From NCBI GenBank assembly GCA_963665275.2, contig CAXXIN010000018.1, positions 64,001-128,000 on the forward strand: DNA of 64,000 bases, read 5' to 3'. The DNA is from Negativicutes bacterium. Lineage in GTDB: Bacteria; Bacillota; Negativicutes; UBA1444. Position numbers and translations under genes: made by a program. The notes beneath the pieces are model-generated. The model searched no databases and was not told the origin of the DNA. It saw only the letters and a list, made by a program, of their open reading frames with translations. Each line of letters begins with the position of its first letter. The first letter of the stretch is position 1. Below are positions 39,436-48,254 of the stretch, in pieces.

Positions 39436-40956
39436 TTAGTCTTTCTTTGATTCGTTATGATTCTCGTGAGGGCGGTGGAGTCCAAGCTTGATGATTTCTT
39501 CGCTTTTCGGATTCGTTACGGCAGATTTTTCCGGTGAAGAACCAGCGAAATTCTCCACCAACCGGGTCGTGACTCGTGAATCCGTCAGAACGCCGGGACC
39601 GCCGACGCAACCACCGGTGCAAGCCATACCTTCGAAGAAATTGGCCGTTCGTTTGCCTGCTTCAATTTCCTGCAGGCTTTTCTTGCAATTGCCCAGTCCT
39701 TCGCAGCGTTCCGCTTGAACCGACACTTCTGGAGCCAGCTGGCTTAGGACGTTTTCGACTGCTTGCAAGACGCCGCCGGCCCGAGCAAAAATGTTTCCGT
39801 CCTTTGACCCGGCGGATTCAAAAGCTCCTGGATCAGCCTCTGTCACGTTGACACCCGCGCCGACGATCATGGTTGCCAGCTCTTCAAATGTCAGGACATA
39901 GTCGACGATACCAGGATAACGCTCCGCTTCGCTTTTTTTCGCAATGCATGGGCCGACAAATACGACGATCCCTTCGGGATCGTTTTTCTTTACGTCCATC
40001 GCAGCGGCCACCATGGGAGAAACGAGAGAAGAGATATGAGCCTTCATTGTTGGCAGATGTTTTTCCACCATGCCGACAAACGCGGGGCAGCAGGAAGTGG
40101 TCATAAACGATCCCGGCGTTTGACTGCGTTCGATAAATTCATGGGCTTCTTCGACCGCGACGGCGTCGGCGCCAACAGAGACCTCAAGCGCATCTTTAAA
40201 ACCGATCTTACGCAGGCTTGACAGCACCTGACCAGGACGGACTTGAACACCGAATTGCCCGATAAAGGCTGGCGCCAGCAGGGCATAAACGTTTCGCCGA
40301 GCTTTGATTTGTTGGATGACTTGGACAATCATGGAACGGTCGGAGATCGCGCCAAAGGGGCAGGCCATTTTGCAGGCGCCGCAATGGACACATTTATCAT
40401 AGTCGATGACAGCTTTTCTGGCCTTGTCAGCAGCGATGGCGCCGAGTTCGCAGGCGCGTTCGCAGGGACGAGAGATTTCGATGATGGCTCCGTATGGGCA
40501 GGAACGCTTGCAGAGGCCGCATTCCACACATTTCGTTTTATCGATGAATGACCGATTGGCTACGACCGATATCGCTTTTTTAGGGCAGCTCGCAATACAG
40601 CTGTGAGCGAGGCAATTTCGGCAGGCATCCGTAACGATGAAGCGATCCAGCGGGCACTGGTCGCAGGCAACCGGCAGAACCTGAATAATGGGTGAGGCTG
40701 AAATAACACCATCCAAAGCGGCAATCGCCGCTTCCGTCATGGTGGAGCTCATGGGTTGGCTGAGGGCGGACTTGATACGGTCCTGCAGCACGGCTCTTTC
40801 CTTGTGAACGCAGCAACGATACCGTGGTCCTTCGTCGGTCACGACGGAAGTCAGGATGTTTTCCACGTCTGTGTCCAAGCGTCCGTCAAAAGTCATTTGT
40901 GAAATTTCTGTTAGCACTTTTCGTCGAATTTTGGTTATTTCATTGATTTCTGGCAC
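39436..40956 (-). CDS. Monomeric [FeFe]-hydrogenase with N-terminal ferredoxin clusters (group B / HfsD-like)
   Basis: H-cluster motifs TSCCPAF, GPCIAKKSE and EGMACTGGCVGG; several CxxCxxCxxxCP motifs. Confidence 0.92.
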   Translation of the reverse strand: MPEINEITKIRRKVLTEISQMTFDGRLDTDVENILTSVVTDEGPRYRCCVHKERAVLQDRIKSALSQPMSSTMTEAAIAALDGVISASPIIQVLPVACDQCPLDRFIVTDACRNCLAHSCIASCPKKAISVVANRSFIDKTKCVECGLCKRSCPYGAIIEISRPCERACELGAIAADKARKAVIDYDKCVHCGACKMACPFGAISDRSMIVQVIQQIKARRNVYALLAPAFIGQFGVQVRPGQVLSSLRKIGFKDALEVSVGADAVAVEEAHEFIERSQTPGSFMTTSCCPAFVGMVEKHLPTMKAHISSLVSPMVAAAMDVKKNDPEGIVVFVGPCIAKKSEAERYPGIVDYVLTFEELATMIVGAGVNVTEADPGAFESAGSKDGNIFARAGGVLQAVENVLSQLAPEVSVQAERCEGLGNCKKSLQEIEAGKRTANFFEGMACTGGCVGGPGVLTDSRVTTRLVENFAGSSPEKSAVTNPKSEEIIKLGLHRPHENHNESKKD

Positions 40957-40974
40957 TGTTGATTATTCCCTCCA

Positions 40975-41205
40975 TTATTGTAATATGGTTAGCAAAACTT
41001 CCCGTAATCGTTCCGGCGTGGCGTTATCCAGCATCTCTCCATTGATTCGGATGTTGGGGCCTTTGCCGCATTTTTTGAAGCAGGTGACTCCTTTGATTTC
41101 GATTTGCCGCCGCTGGTCAAAAGGTAAGGCTTCCAATACGTCCATCAGTTCTTGAGCCCCCATCAGATGGCAGGAAGTTCCCATACAGATTTCAACAGTT
41201 AACAT
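40975..41205 (-). CDS. Small NuoE-like [2Fe-2S] protein
   Basis: ICMGTSCHLMG...CFKKC.KGP. Confidence 0.85.
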   Translation of the reverse strand: MLTVEICMGTSCHLMGAQELMDVLEALPFDQRRQIEIKGVTCFKKCGKGPNIRINGEMLDNATPERLREVLLTILQ

Positions 41206-41240
41206 GAGATAACACTCACTCCTTATATGGTATCACTTGG

Positions 41241-42389
41241 TTATACCCAGTCAATTTGCACGACTTTACCGAGCGCTTCCAACTGGGTTCGCAGGCGTCC
41301 AAGCACCTGGACCTTGATATTCATGGCCGAAGGTAGCAAGGGGTTTTGATGCGCCGGATTCACTGCTCCGCCGGCCCAGATGTGAACATGATCGACATCC
41401 ATCAGCAAACGGGCGATGAGCGTAGCGCCATCTTTTCGGCTAGATCGCTTCAAGTCTGGGAGGGACCGCAATTTGTCCGCTGCGGCATTAAGAGTCAGGA
41501 CTCCTTCCGTTACCAGATCGATTCCGTCAAGAAAGGCGATAGGTGGGATGCTGGGGTCGTGATATTCCAGAGATACTTTAAGCGGTTTTCCCATGACACG
41601 ACTGACAAGGGTGGCGGTCGTGCCACCGGAGACGACTTTTTGACCGGGCGCCGCCAAGAATCGTCGGACTACATCTTCATCCTGTTCTGCCGAAGCCGGC
41701 GGTCCCATCATCAAATTAAGCCAACGCGGGCGGCGTATTTTAACAGCGACAATCGTTGTGTCATCGCCAGGCTTCCCCAGATAGTAACCTTCGCAGCAGT
41801 TAAGCAGAGAGGCGCAGATGTCTGTGGTGTCGGTTGCCTTGACAACGTCCTCCGCGAGGCGGGCGGATAGACCTTCCCAACCGAGTCCCAGCGGCAACAG
41901 TCCTCCGATTCCGGCATGAATGACTCCGTCACTGACCATGACGACCCAGTCATCTTCTTTTAGCTCAAATTGCCCGGCAAGAACGCTTTTTCCTCCCACC
42001 ATTTTGGTCTGGGCTGGAAATGGCATCACGTGCCCGGCACGCGATAGTAAGGTTCGCGGGCTGTCAAACTCTACGAGGGTTGCATTCCCGGTTTGGTCAA
42101 TTCGCAAAATCTGGAGGGTAGAATAGGCGATTTTTCGTTCCCTGCAAACTGGCAGGGTCTGGGCGATGGTTTCCACAACGTCGTCGAGACTGGCGCCTCT
42201 AGCTAACATTGACGATGCGATCTTCGTTGTCAAAGTGGCGAGAATATTGGCTTTTACTCCGCTGCCGAGCCCGTCGGAAACCACGACGATCAAGGAATCG
42301 CCGGTTCGAGTGATCTGAACATTATCGCCGCATAGTTCTTCACCATTTTTGCACATCTGTGAGACCGTTACTTCAGCATGCAATGTCAT
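41241..42389 (-). CDS. SpoIIE/PP2C-family Ser/Thr phosphatase (HfsC-like)
   Basis: EELCGD, VSDGLGSGVKA, SDGVIHAG and PGDDTT. Confidence 0.88.
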   Translation of the reverse strand: MTLHAEVTVSQMCKNGEELCGDNVQITRTGDSLIVVVSDGLGSGVKANILATLTTKIASSMLARGASLDDVVETIAQTLPVCRERKIAYSTLQILRIDQTGNATLVEFDSPRTLLSRAGHVMPFPAQTKMVGGKSVLAGQFELKEDDWVVMVSDGVIHAGIGGLLPLGLGWEGLSARLAEDVVKATDTTDICASLLNCCEGYYLGKPGDDTTIVAVKIRRPRWLNLMMGPPASAEQDEDVVRRFLAAPGQKVVSGGTTATLVSRVMGKPLKVSLEYHDPSIPPIAFLDGIDLVTEGVLTLNAAADKLRSLPDLKRSSRKDGATLIARLLMDVDHVHIWAGGAVNPAHQNPLLPSAMNIKVQVLGRLRTQLEALGKVVQIDWV

Positions 42390-44095
42390 GAGTGAACGTC
42401 CCGTTCCTTCAAAAGTCCAACCAAGTCCAGAAGCGCCGCCTTGGTTTCACCGGTTGTTTCGCCGAGTAATCCGGCGATTTCCTGCGCTACATGCATTTGC
42501 CTGTTGATGATCTCAGCGGCCTTGTCGATGGTTTCCAGTTTGACTTTTTGCAGGTCACGATCTTTCTTTTCTCGTTCGCTGACGTCCGTTACGATCAGGA
42601 TGACCATGTTATGGTCACGGATCGGCAGAATCATTTGCTCCGTTACGAGCGATCGTTCCGGATATTCGACTCGGCGGGCCACCAATTTTTCCTGAGTTCG
42701 GACGGAGCAGAGCAAATCTGAACAATCGATGATACGGGCCAGATTCGTTCCCTTTACTAGGTCCACACTATGACCGAACATTTTTTCGGCCGCTGGATTG
42801 AATTCCTGGATGACCATGCTTTCATCCACAACAATGATGGCGTTCAGGGAGTTATCGATTACCATGTTGGAGAAAGATTCGGCCTTGGACTTCATATAAG
42901 GAATACACATATCGACTTCAGCCAGACCTTGCCAGACGGCAATGGCTTTTTCCCGGCAGGTGTTGTAGCCGCAGGCGCCACAATTTTTCTCATCGGCCTT
43001 GCTGAATTTGGCGGTTTTGGCAAGGATCTCGCGAATCTCAATTTCACTGGGTTGTTGCAATATTACAGGGGTTGCTGCGTGCTGGCGTGAAAGCCTATCG
43101 GAGGTGATCGTGAAATCAAGGCTTTCATCTACGGAATGACGGGCAAATTCAACGACCTTAGCCCGACGTACCGGGGTGCCATTTTGTCGTGGAAATCCAG
43201 GCCCGCCGATGCAACCGCCGTCGCAGGCCAAGGCTTCGATGAACCGGGGCGAAATTTCCCGTTGGCTAAGACAATCAAAGACTTCCATGCAGTTGTGGAT
43301 TCCGTGGACAGTAATGATATCGGTGTCTGTTTCATCGTGTTCTGTAAAACTCTTTAATATCCCGCCTGTGATAGGAAAGAAGCGAGAGGAACCTGGCGTA
43401 TCCAAAGAGTCGGTGTCTTCGGTCACTTCTGAGTTGAAAGCGTTTGAGTCGGTAAGCCAAGTTTGTAGATGGTCGAAGGTTAGCACCGCATCAATGGAAC
43501 CGGCAACGTCGTTGTCGCGACCTTCGGCGATTTTCGCTATACAGGGGCCGATGAAAACAACAAATACATCTTCACCTAATTTTTTCTTCAGAATACGGCC
43601 ATGGGCGATCATAGGAGAGACAACAGGAGCCAGGTTACTTGTCAGATCAGGGTAATACTTTTCAACCAGACGGGTGACTACCGGGCAGCAACAAGAAATG
43701 ACCGGTTTGTCGGTATTTTCAACCAGAGCGGCATAAACTTCTGAAACAGCGGCGGCGCCAACGGCGGTTTCTTCGACAGCGCAGGCTCCGAAGCCTTTTA
43801 ACAGAGAGCGAAGCTGACCAAGGGATAAATTCGAAAAGGCAGCTACGAAAGAAGGCGCAATGCTAAAAGCGACCCGTGTACCATTCGCGAGAGCCTGCAG
43901 GACGATCTCCAGCTGGTTTTCAACCTGTTTGGCATGTTGCGGACACTCCACCACGCATTCGCCGCATAATATACATTTATCCAGAACAACGCTCGCATGA
44001 CCGCCTTCGATACCAATCGCCTTGACCGGACACGAGCGCACACAACGATGGCAGTCTTGACAGTTGACCTTTTGTGTCGTTATTGCTTGCTTCAT
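42386..44095 (-). CDS. PAS-domain sensory [FeFe]-hydrogenase (group C, HydS/HfsB-like)
   Basis: N-terminal 2x[4Fe-4S]; H-cluster motifs SCCCP, GPCIAK and EALACDGGCIGG; CGACGYNTC; C-terminal PAS (EFNPAAEKMF). Confidence 0.9.
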   Translation of the reverse strand: MKQAITTQKVNCQDCHRCVRSCPVKAIGIEGGHASVVLDKCILCGECVVECPQHAKQVENQLEIVLQALANGTRVAFSIAPSFVAAFSNLSLGQLRSLLKGFGACAVEETAVGAAAVSEVYAALVENTDKPVISCCCPVVTRLVEKYYPDLTSNLAPVVSPMIAHGRILKKKLGEDVFVVFIGPCIAKIAEGRDNDVAGSIDAVLTFDHLQTWLTDSNAFNSEVTEDTDSLDTPGSSRFFPITGGILKSFTEHDETDTDIITVHGIHNCMEVFDCLSQREISPRFIEALACDGGCIGGPGFPRQNGTPVRRAKVVEFARHSVDESLDFTITSDRLSRQHAATPVILQQPSEIEIREILAKTAKFSKADEKNCGACGYNTCREKAIAVWQGLAEVDMCIPYMKSKAESFSNMVIDNSLNAIIVVDESMVIQEFNPAAEKMFGHSVDLVKGTNLARIIDCSDLLCSVRTQEKLVARRVEYPERSLVTEQMILPIRDHNMVILIVTDVSEREKKDRDLQKVKLETIDKAAEIINRQMHVAQEIAGLLGETTGETKAALLDLVGLLKERDVHS

Positions 44096-44343
44096 GCCTT
44101 TTCCCCGTTCAACACATATTTCAGAAATATTTCATGGACCTGATCTTTTGACACATGGGTCAGAATTAGATCGTCAATTTGTACAACGACGCCTTCTGTA
44201 CAACGACCCTGGCAAAAGTTGCCGGCCATTTGAACTTTTGCTTGAACCTGGTGCCTCTCGACGAGAGCGAGAAAAGCATCCAATACTCCATTGGCGCCTT
44301 TCAGGTGGCAAGCGCTTCCGAGGCAGACTGAAACAGTGATCAT
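44092..44343 (-). CDS. [2Fe-2S] ferredoxin-like protein (HfsA-like)
   Basis: VCLGSACHLKG...FCQGRCTEGV. Confidence 0.85.
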   Translation of the reverse strand: MITVSVCLGSACHLKGANGVLDAFLALVERHQVQAKVQMAGNFCQGRCTEGVVVQIDDLILTHVSKDQVHEIFLKYVLNGEKA

Positions 44344-44361
44344 GTCGTTACCTCCGCAATA

Positions 44362-44379
44362 CTGTGAAAACTTTCACTA
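44362..44379. promoter_or_regulatory. Rex operator
   Basis: CTGTGAAAACTTTCACTA versus the Rex consensus TTGTGAANNNNTTCACAA; sits between the promoter and RBS of the hydrogenase operon. Confidence 0.75.
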
Positions 44380-44392
44380 TCAGATGGATTCT

Positions 44393-44421
44393 ATTTTACT
44401 AAAGGAACAAAGTTTTCGCAA
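44393..44421 (-). promoter_or_regulatory. Sigma-A promoter of the hydrogenase operon
   Basis: Minus-strand TTGCGA-17 nt-TAAAAT. Confidence 0.65.
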
Positions 44422-44489
44422 CAGCCCTCTTATGCGGCAGGATTTTTCGTGACAGTATCAAATATATATACAAGTTAATCTGCAAAACA

Positions 44490-46583
44490 ATGTTCGATTT
44501 TTTCAATGGAGGTACCTATTTCTTGCCATATTTTTTGTGTTTTGTAATCCTCACACCGAATCTGATGTCGTTGGTTTTCTTATTGAATAAAAACAGTTTG
44601 CTTCATCGGGCCGCCGCTTTTTTTATGTCTGTTGTATTGTTATCGTGTACCGGCTGGGCAATCCGGCAGGGAACAGGTGTATACCTGCCGGCTGGTTTGC
44701 TGGCTGTGGTTTTCGACAAGTTTTTTGTCGTTGGCATTGCGGGGATGGTTCTTGGGACGGCTTATTGGAGCTGGCGCAGTCAAGATCGACTGCTTGGCAG
44801 TCTGACACTGGCGCAGGGAATTCTGCTCGGCGGGGTTCTTTGGAAGTCCAGTGCCCTCGACGGCCACGGTTCCTTTGCGCTTGATCATCTGTCAGGCCTC
44901 ATGCTGTTACTGATAGACGGGGTTGGATTGATGGTGCTTCTGTTTGTCATGCGATACATGGAAACGCATGGGCGACGTCGATCCCTGAAACATTCACGAC
45001 AACCTCATTTTTTTGCTGTGTTTTCGATCTTGCTCGCAGCAATGAACGGGTTCGTTTTGGCGAACCACTTACTCTGGACGCTGTTTTTTGCCCAAGTGGT
45101 CGTGGTATGTTCGGTGTTGTTGATTGCGCACGATAGAACTCAGCTTGCGTATAAGAATGCCAGACAGTTTGCCCGGATGCTCTCGGTCGGCGCGCTCGCC
45201 TTTTTGTGCGGTATTTATTTGATTTTATCAGCGGCGGGAACTTTGTTGATTTCGGACTTGCTGTTGTTCAAGGATGCGAATTTGCTGTTGCCGTCGTTTT
45301 CCTGCATCGTGGTGGCGGGTCTGGTATTTGCAGGTCAATTCCCTTTTCAGAGCGCGTTGATTCGGGCCACGACGGCTTCGGCGCCTGTATCGGCAATGCT
45401 GCAGTCGTCCGCAATTGTGACTGCCGGGGTTTATCTCATCCTGCGGTTATCTCCAGTGCTGATGAACACCTTTGCGGCAAAAATGCTGGCAGTGATCGGC
45501 GCCTTTACCTTTGCGGCGGCTGCGCTACTAGCAGCGATTCAGCATGATACCAAGCGCGTGCTGACACTGACGACCATCTCCAACGGCGGATTGGTGATTG
45601 TCCTGGCGAGCTTTCCCGAACTACAGGCAATTTACGCAGCGCCGCTGCTTCTTGTTCTTCATGGAATATTCAAAGCGATGCTATTTCTTTGTATAGGAAG
45701 TCGTTCGCCTTCGTCGATTCCCGGACTTCTGGTGGTGCTCGGCGGGGTTTCTATGTTTATGCCACCTTTTGCCGTACCGCTGGCGCAATGGACGGCGCTG
45801 GAATCCTCGGTTCGTAATCCTGTCGTTTTGGGGCTGATTATTGCAGGGAGCGTTTTTTCCATGATTGTATGGTGTCGCTTTATCGGTAAACGTCTGCCTG
45901 CCAGTTTTTCCCGTGATGTTGGGGCAAAGTGGAACCCTATTGCCTATTGGCCGCAACTGGCATTGGCTTTATTTGCGACCGCTCTGTCTGTATTTATCGT
46001 TCCTTTTGCCAATTCATGCGTGACACCGATTCTTAAGGAAAATTATGGGCGGTTTGGCGATATCTCGCAAGGAGCTGCATCTGCTTTTCAAGTTCGTGAT
46101 TTTTCCGGCGTGAATCCGTCTTTGCTTTTTGGGGCAATTTTGGCGCTTGCTTCTTTGGGGTGGGGCGTGAAGCGGTTGTTGATGTGTGCAGTTGTCGATG
46201 AACCCACTGCATCCAAAGTTCTAGAAATTCAAGAAAGCGTGAGCAATGAGGTTGGTGAGGTTCAGGAAAAAGCAGAGGATGCTGGGGCGCAAGAAGATGT
46301 TAAGGCGCAAGAAGAGGCTGAGATGCAGGAGGAGCAAGAAAATAAAAATATGCCGGAGTTACTCGCAGCACCTTCGGAGCTTAGCGAAGAGGAGACGGAA
46401 GCGCTCGAAATCCAAAGGTTGCTTGAAATGAGCTCCGGAGATGAAGACATAACAAACCGACATACAACCGCACCGAGGTGTTCGGTTTTTGCCGTATTTC
46501 CGGATGAAAAGAAAACTTATTTCTATGCAACCACAGTTGCGGGAGCCCTTATAATCCTAATGTTGGAGGTGGTGTTCCGTTGA
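44490..46583 (+). CDS. Divergent EchA/NuoL/MrpA-like membrane subunit with an acidic insert
   Basis: LDHLSGLM, AMNG.V.AN.L, QFPF, APVSA and HGIFKAMLFLC; many TM helices. The true start may be TTG 44523 after GGAGGT. Confidence 0.8.
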   Translation: MFDFFNGGTYFLPYFLCFVILTPNLMSLVFLLNKNSLLHRAAAFFMSVVLLSCTGWAIRQGTGVYLPAGLLAVVFDKFFVVGIAGMVLGTAYWSWRSQDRLLGSLTLAQGILLGGVLWKSSALDGHGSFALDHLSGLMLLLIDGVGLMVLLFVMRYMETHGRRRSLKHSRQPHFFAVFSILLAAMNGFVLANHLLWTLFFAQVVVVCSVLLIAHDRTQLAYKNARQFARMLSVGALAFLCGIYLILSAAGTLLISDLLLFKDANLLLPSFSCIVVAGLVFAGQFPFQSALIRATTASAPVSAMLQSSAIVTAGVYLILRLSPVLMNTFAAKMLAVIGAFTFAAAALLAAIQHDTKRVLTLTTISNGGLVIVLASFPELQAIYAAPLLLVLHGIFKAMLFLCIGSRSPSSIPGLLVVLGGVSMFMPPFAVPLAQWTALESSVRNPVVLGLIIAGSVFSMIVWCRFIGKRLPASFSRDVGAKWNPIAYWPQLALALFATALSVFIVPFANSCVTPILKENYGRFGDISQGAASAFQVRDFSGVNPSLLFGAILALASLGWGVKRLLMCAVVDEPTASKVLEIQESVSNEVGEVQEKAEDAGAQEDVKAQEEAEMQEEQENKNMPELLAAPSELSEEETEALEIQRLLEMSSGDEDITNRHTTAPRCSVFAVFPDEKKTYFYATTVAGALIILMLEVVFR
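46284..46337 (+). repeat. Three degenerate 18-nt tandem repeats (GAQEDV-KAQEEA-EMQEEQ)
   Basis: GGGGCGCAAGAAGATGTT / AAGGCGCAAGAAGAGGCT / GAGATGCAGGAGGAGCAA. Confidence 0.6.
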
Positions 46584-47410
46584 ATGCGACGTTGCTCGAA
46601 CTTCTTCCGTCAATCGGAATATTCGCCGCTTGCCTGCTGTTGCCGCCGCTGATTGGCGGATTGACTGAAGGCGTTCTCTATCGTTTTCACGCAAAAGGAG
46701 CGGGGAGAACCGTTCCGTCTCTCCTCGCTCCTTTTCAGGAGGTTGCTGTAAATTTGCGACTGCCCCTGACAGCGGTTCCTAATGAACAAATCCTCTGTAT
46801 CCTGATGGCAATGGTGTTTCACTTATTGGCGATAGTAATGATGGGGTTGCAGCGAGAGTTGCCCTCGATCCTTTTATTGCAGGCTTTTGGAGTGTTAGCA
46901 CTAATCATGGCAGGAATGTCCCGGACTGTGCCGTATTCTCACTTGACTATCAATCACGCGTTGAGGGCGTTTTTAACTGCTCAGCCGCTTTTGATGCTGG
47001 TTGCCGCTGGGATTTACTTTGCCACAGGCAACTTTAACCTTGGTGGCGTCAAGGATTATCCGCGACTGTTGGTCGTCGATCTCCCTTTTTTGTTTATGGT
47101 ACTGATTCTTGTTGAACTGGCGGCCCCCAGCGCTGTGAACGAGGTCTCTGCGAGTGATCCGATGCTGGCGTTCGTGAAACTGGCGAATTGCTATCGTAGT
47201 GGGACCATGTTACTGTTGGCCGGCTGCTTTTTTGCCCATAGTCTCTTAATGGCTGCCTTGGCAGCGATTATATTGCATGCCCTTCTGCGAGTTACTCCGC
47301 ATGCCTTGCCGCGCGCAGCAGGATGGGTGAAGGCCGAGTGGAGCTGGGGTTTCCTTTACTTTGCCTGTGGAGTGAACTTGCTGTGGATTTATATTAAATA
47401 TTGGATGTGA
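46580..47410 (+). CDS. Divergent EchB/NuoH-like membrane subunit
   Basis: LLPPLIGGL..G..YR..AK..GR..PSLLAPFQEV resembles the NuoH/EchB N-terminus; overlaps the upstream stop codon. Confidence 0.7.
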   Translation: MNATLLELLPSIGIFAACLLLPPLIGGLTEGVLYRFHAKGAGRTVPSLLAPFQEVAVNLRLPLTAVPNEQILCILMAMVFHLLAIVMMGLQRELPSILLLQAFGVLALIMAGMSRTVPYSHLTINHALRAFLTAQPLLMLVAAGIYFATGNFNLGGVKDYPRLLVVDLPFLFMVLILVELAAPSAVNEVSASDPMLAFVKLANCYRSGTMLLLAGCFFAHSLLMAALAAIILHALLRVTPHALPRAAGWVKAEWSWGFLYFACGVNLLWIYIKYWM

Positions 47411-47421
47411 AACGACCGCGA

Positions 47422-47982
47422 TTAGTAGCGGGGACCGGGAAACTGGCGCGGGAAGATTTTGTCCAGACGGTTCAGCATTTCTTCCAGAGCATCCAGCGCC
47501 AAGGGCAGGGGACCGCTGAAGACACCCACAATTTCCGTGGCAGAGCGAGCTGCCTTGAATTGGCCGTATTGAGAGGTCTTTTTGTCGAAATAAGTGAGAG
47601 AAAGGTTGAGATCGGTTACCTCAACCATTTCATCCCCCAGGAGACTCTGTTGCAAGAAGTTCCGCAGGAAATTGATTTCCACGATGACCGTGCCCTCTGC
47701 CCCCGCATCGTTGGTGATTTTCTCCAGTGTCAGACGATCTGGCGCTACAGCTTTAGAGTCGGTCAAGATAATTTCATACTTCGGGAACCGGAACTGACTG
47801 CGTAACTTGCCGAGCAAGGCGGAATTCAGCTCGGGGCTGTTATACCCGGATTTGTCGCTGATCGCAGGCAGAAGGATCTTCGTTGAGTCGAACGCATAGG
47901 CGGACGGTAGGTTTGCAAAGATCATTATTAGTGTGACCATCACCAGAAACAGGGAATTCAGACGATGTGGCGCATATTTCAT
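47422..47982 (-). CDS. Hypothetical exported protein
   Basis: Signal peptide ending AYA; GGAG RBS. Confidence 0.7.
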   Translation of the reverse strand: MKYAPHRLNSLFLVMVTLIMIFANLPSAYAFDSTKILLPAISDKSGYNSPELNSALLGKLRSQFRFPKYEIILTDSKAVAPDRLTLEKITNDAGAEGTVIVEINFLRNFLQQSLLGDEMVEVTDLNLSLTYFDKKTSQYGQFKAARSATEIVGVFSGPLPLALDALEEMLNRLDKIFPRQFPGPRY

Positions 47983-48065
47983 TGCAGCTCACTCCTTCGA
48001 TTCAAGATTGTTAATATAATTATAGTTTTTTTTCGGCAGAAGCGTGATTCACACCTGCAGAAAAA

Positions 48066-48094
48066 TTGACACATAATTGTCCGTCTGCTAGGAT
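48066..48094 (+). promoter_or_regulatory. Sigma-A promoter of the symporter-hutP unit
   Basis: TTGACA-17 nt-TAGGAT with extended -10 TG. Confidence 0.7.
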
Positions 48095-48162
48095 GGAAAA
48101 TGTAGAATGGTAGGTTTCCCGGTTAAACCTTGGGTCGAGCATGGCAGGATGGTGAAGAAACA

Positions 48163-48192
48163 AAACACTCCCTGGCCGGAGTGTTTCTTTTT
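48163..48192 (+). terminator. Leader (attenuator) terminator upstream of the symporter
   Basis: AAACACTCC-CTGGCC-GGAGTGTTT-CTTTTT between promoter and start codon. Confidence 0.7.
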
Positions 48193-48254
48193 GCCTGAAT
48201 GTATATCCAAGATGGCCGATAAAGGATATATACTAACGGTGTAGAAAGGTAGGA

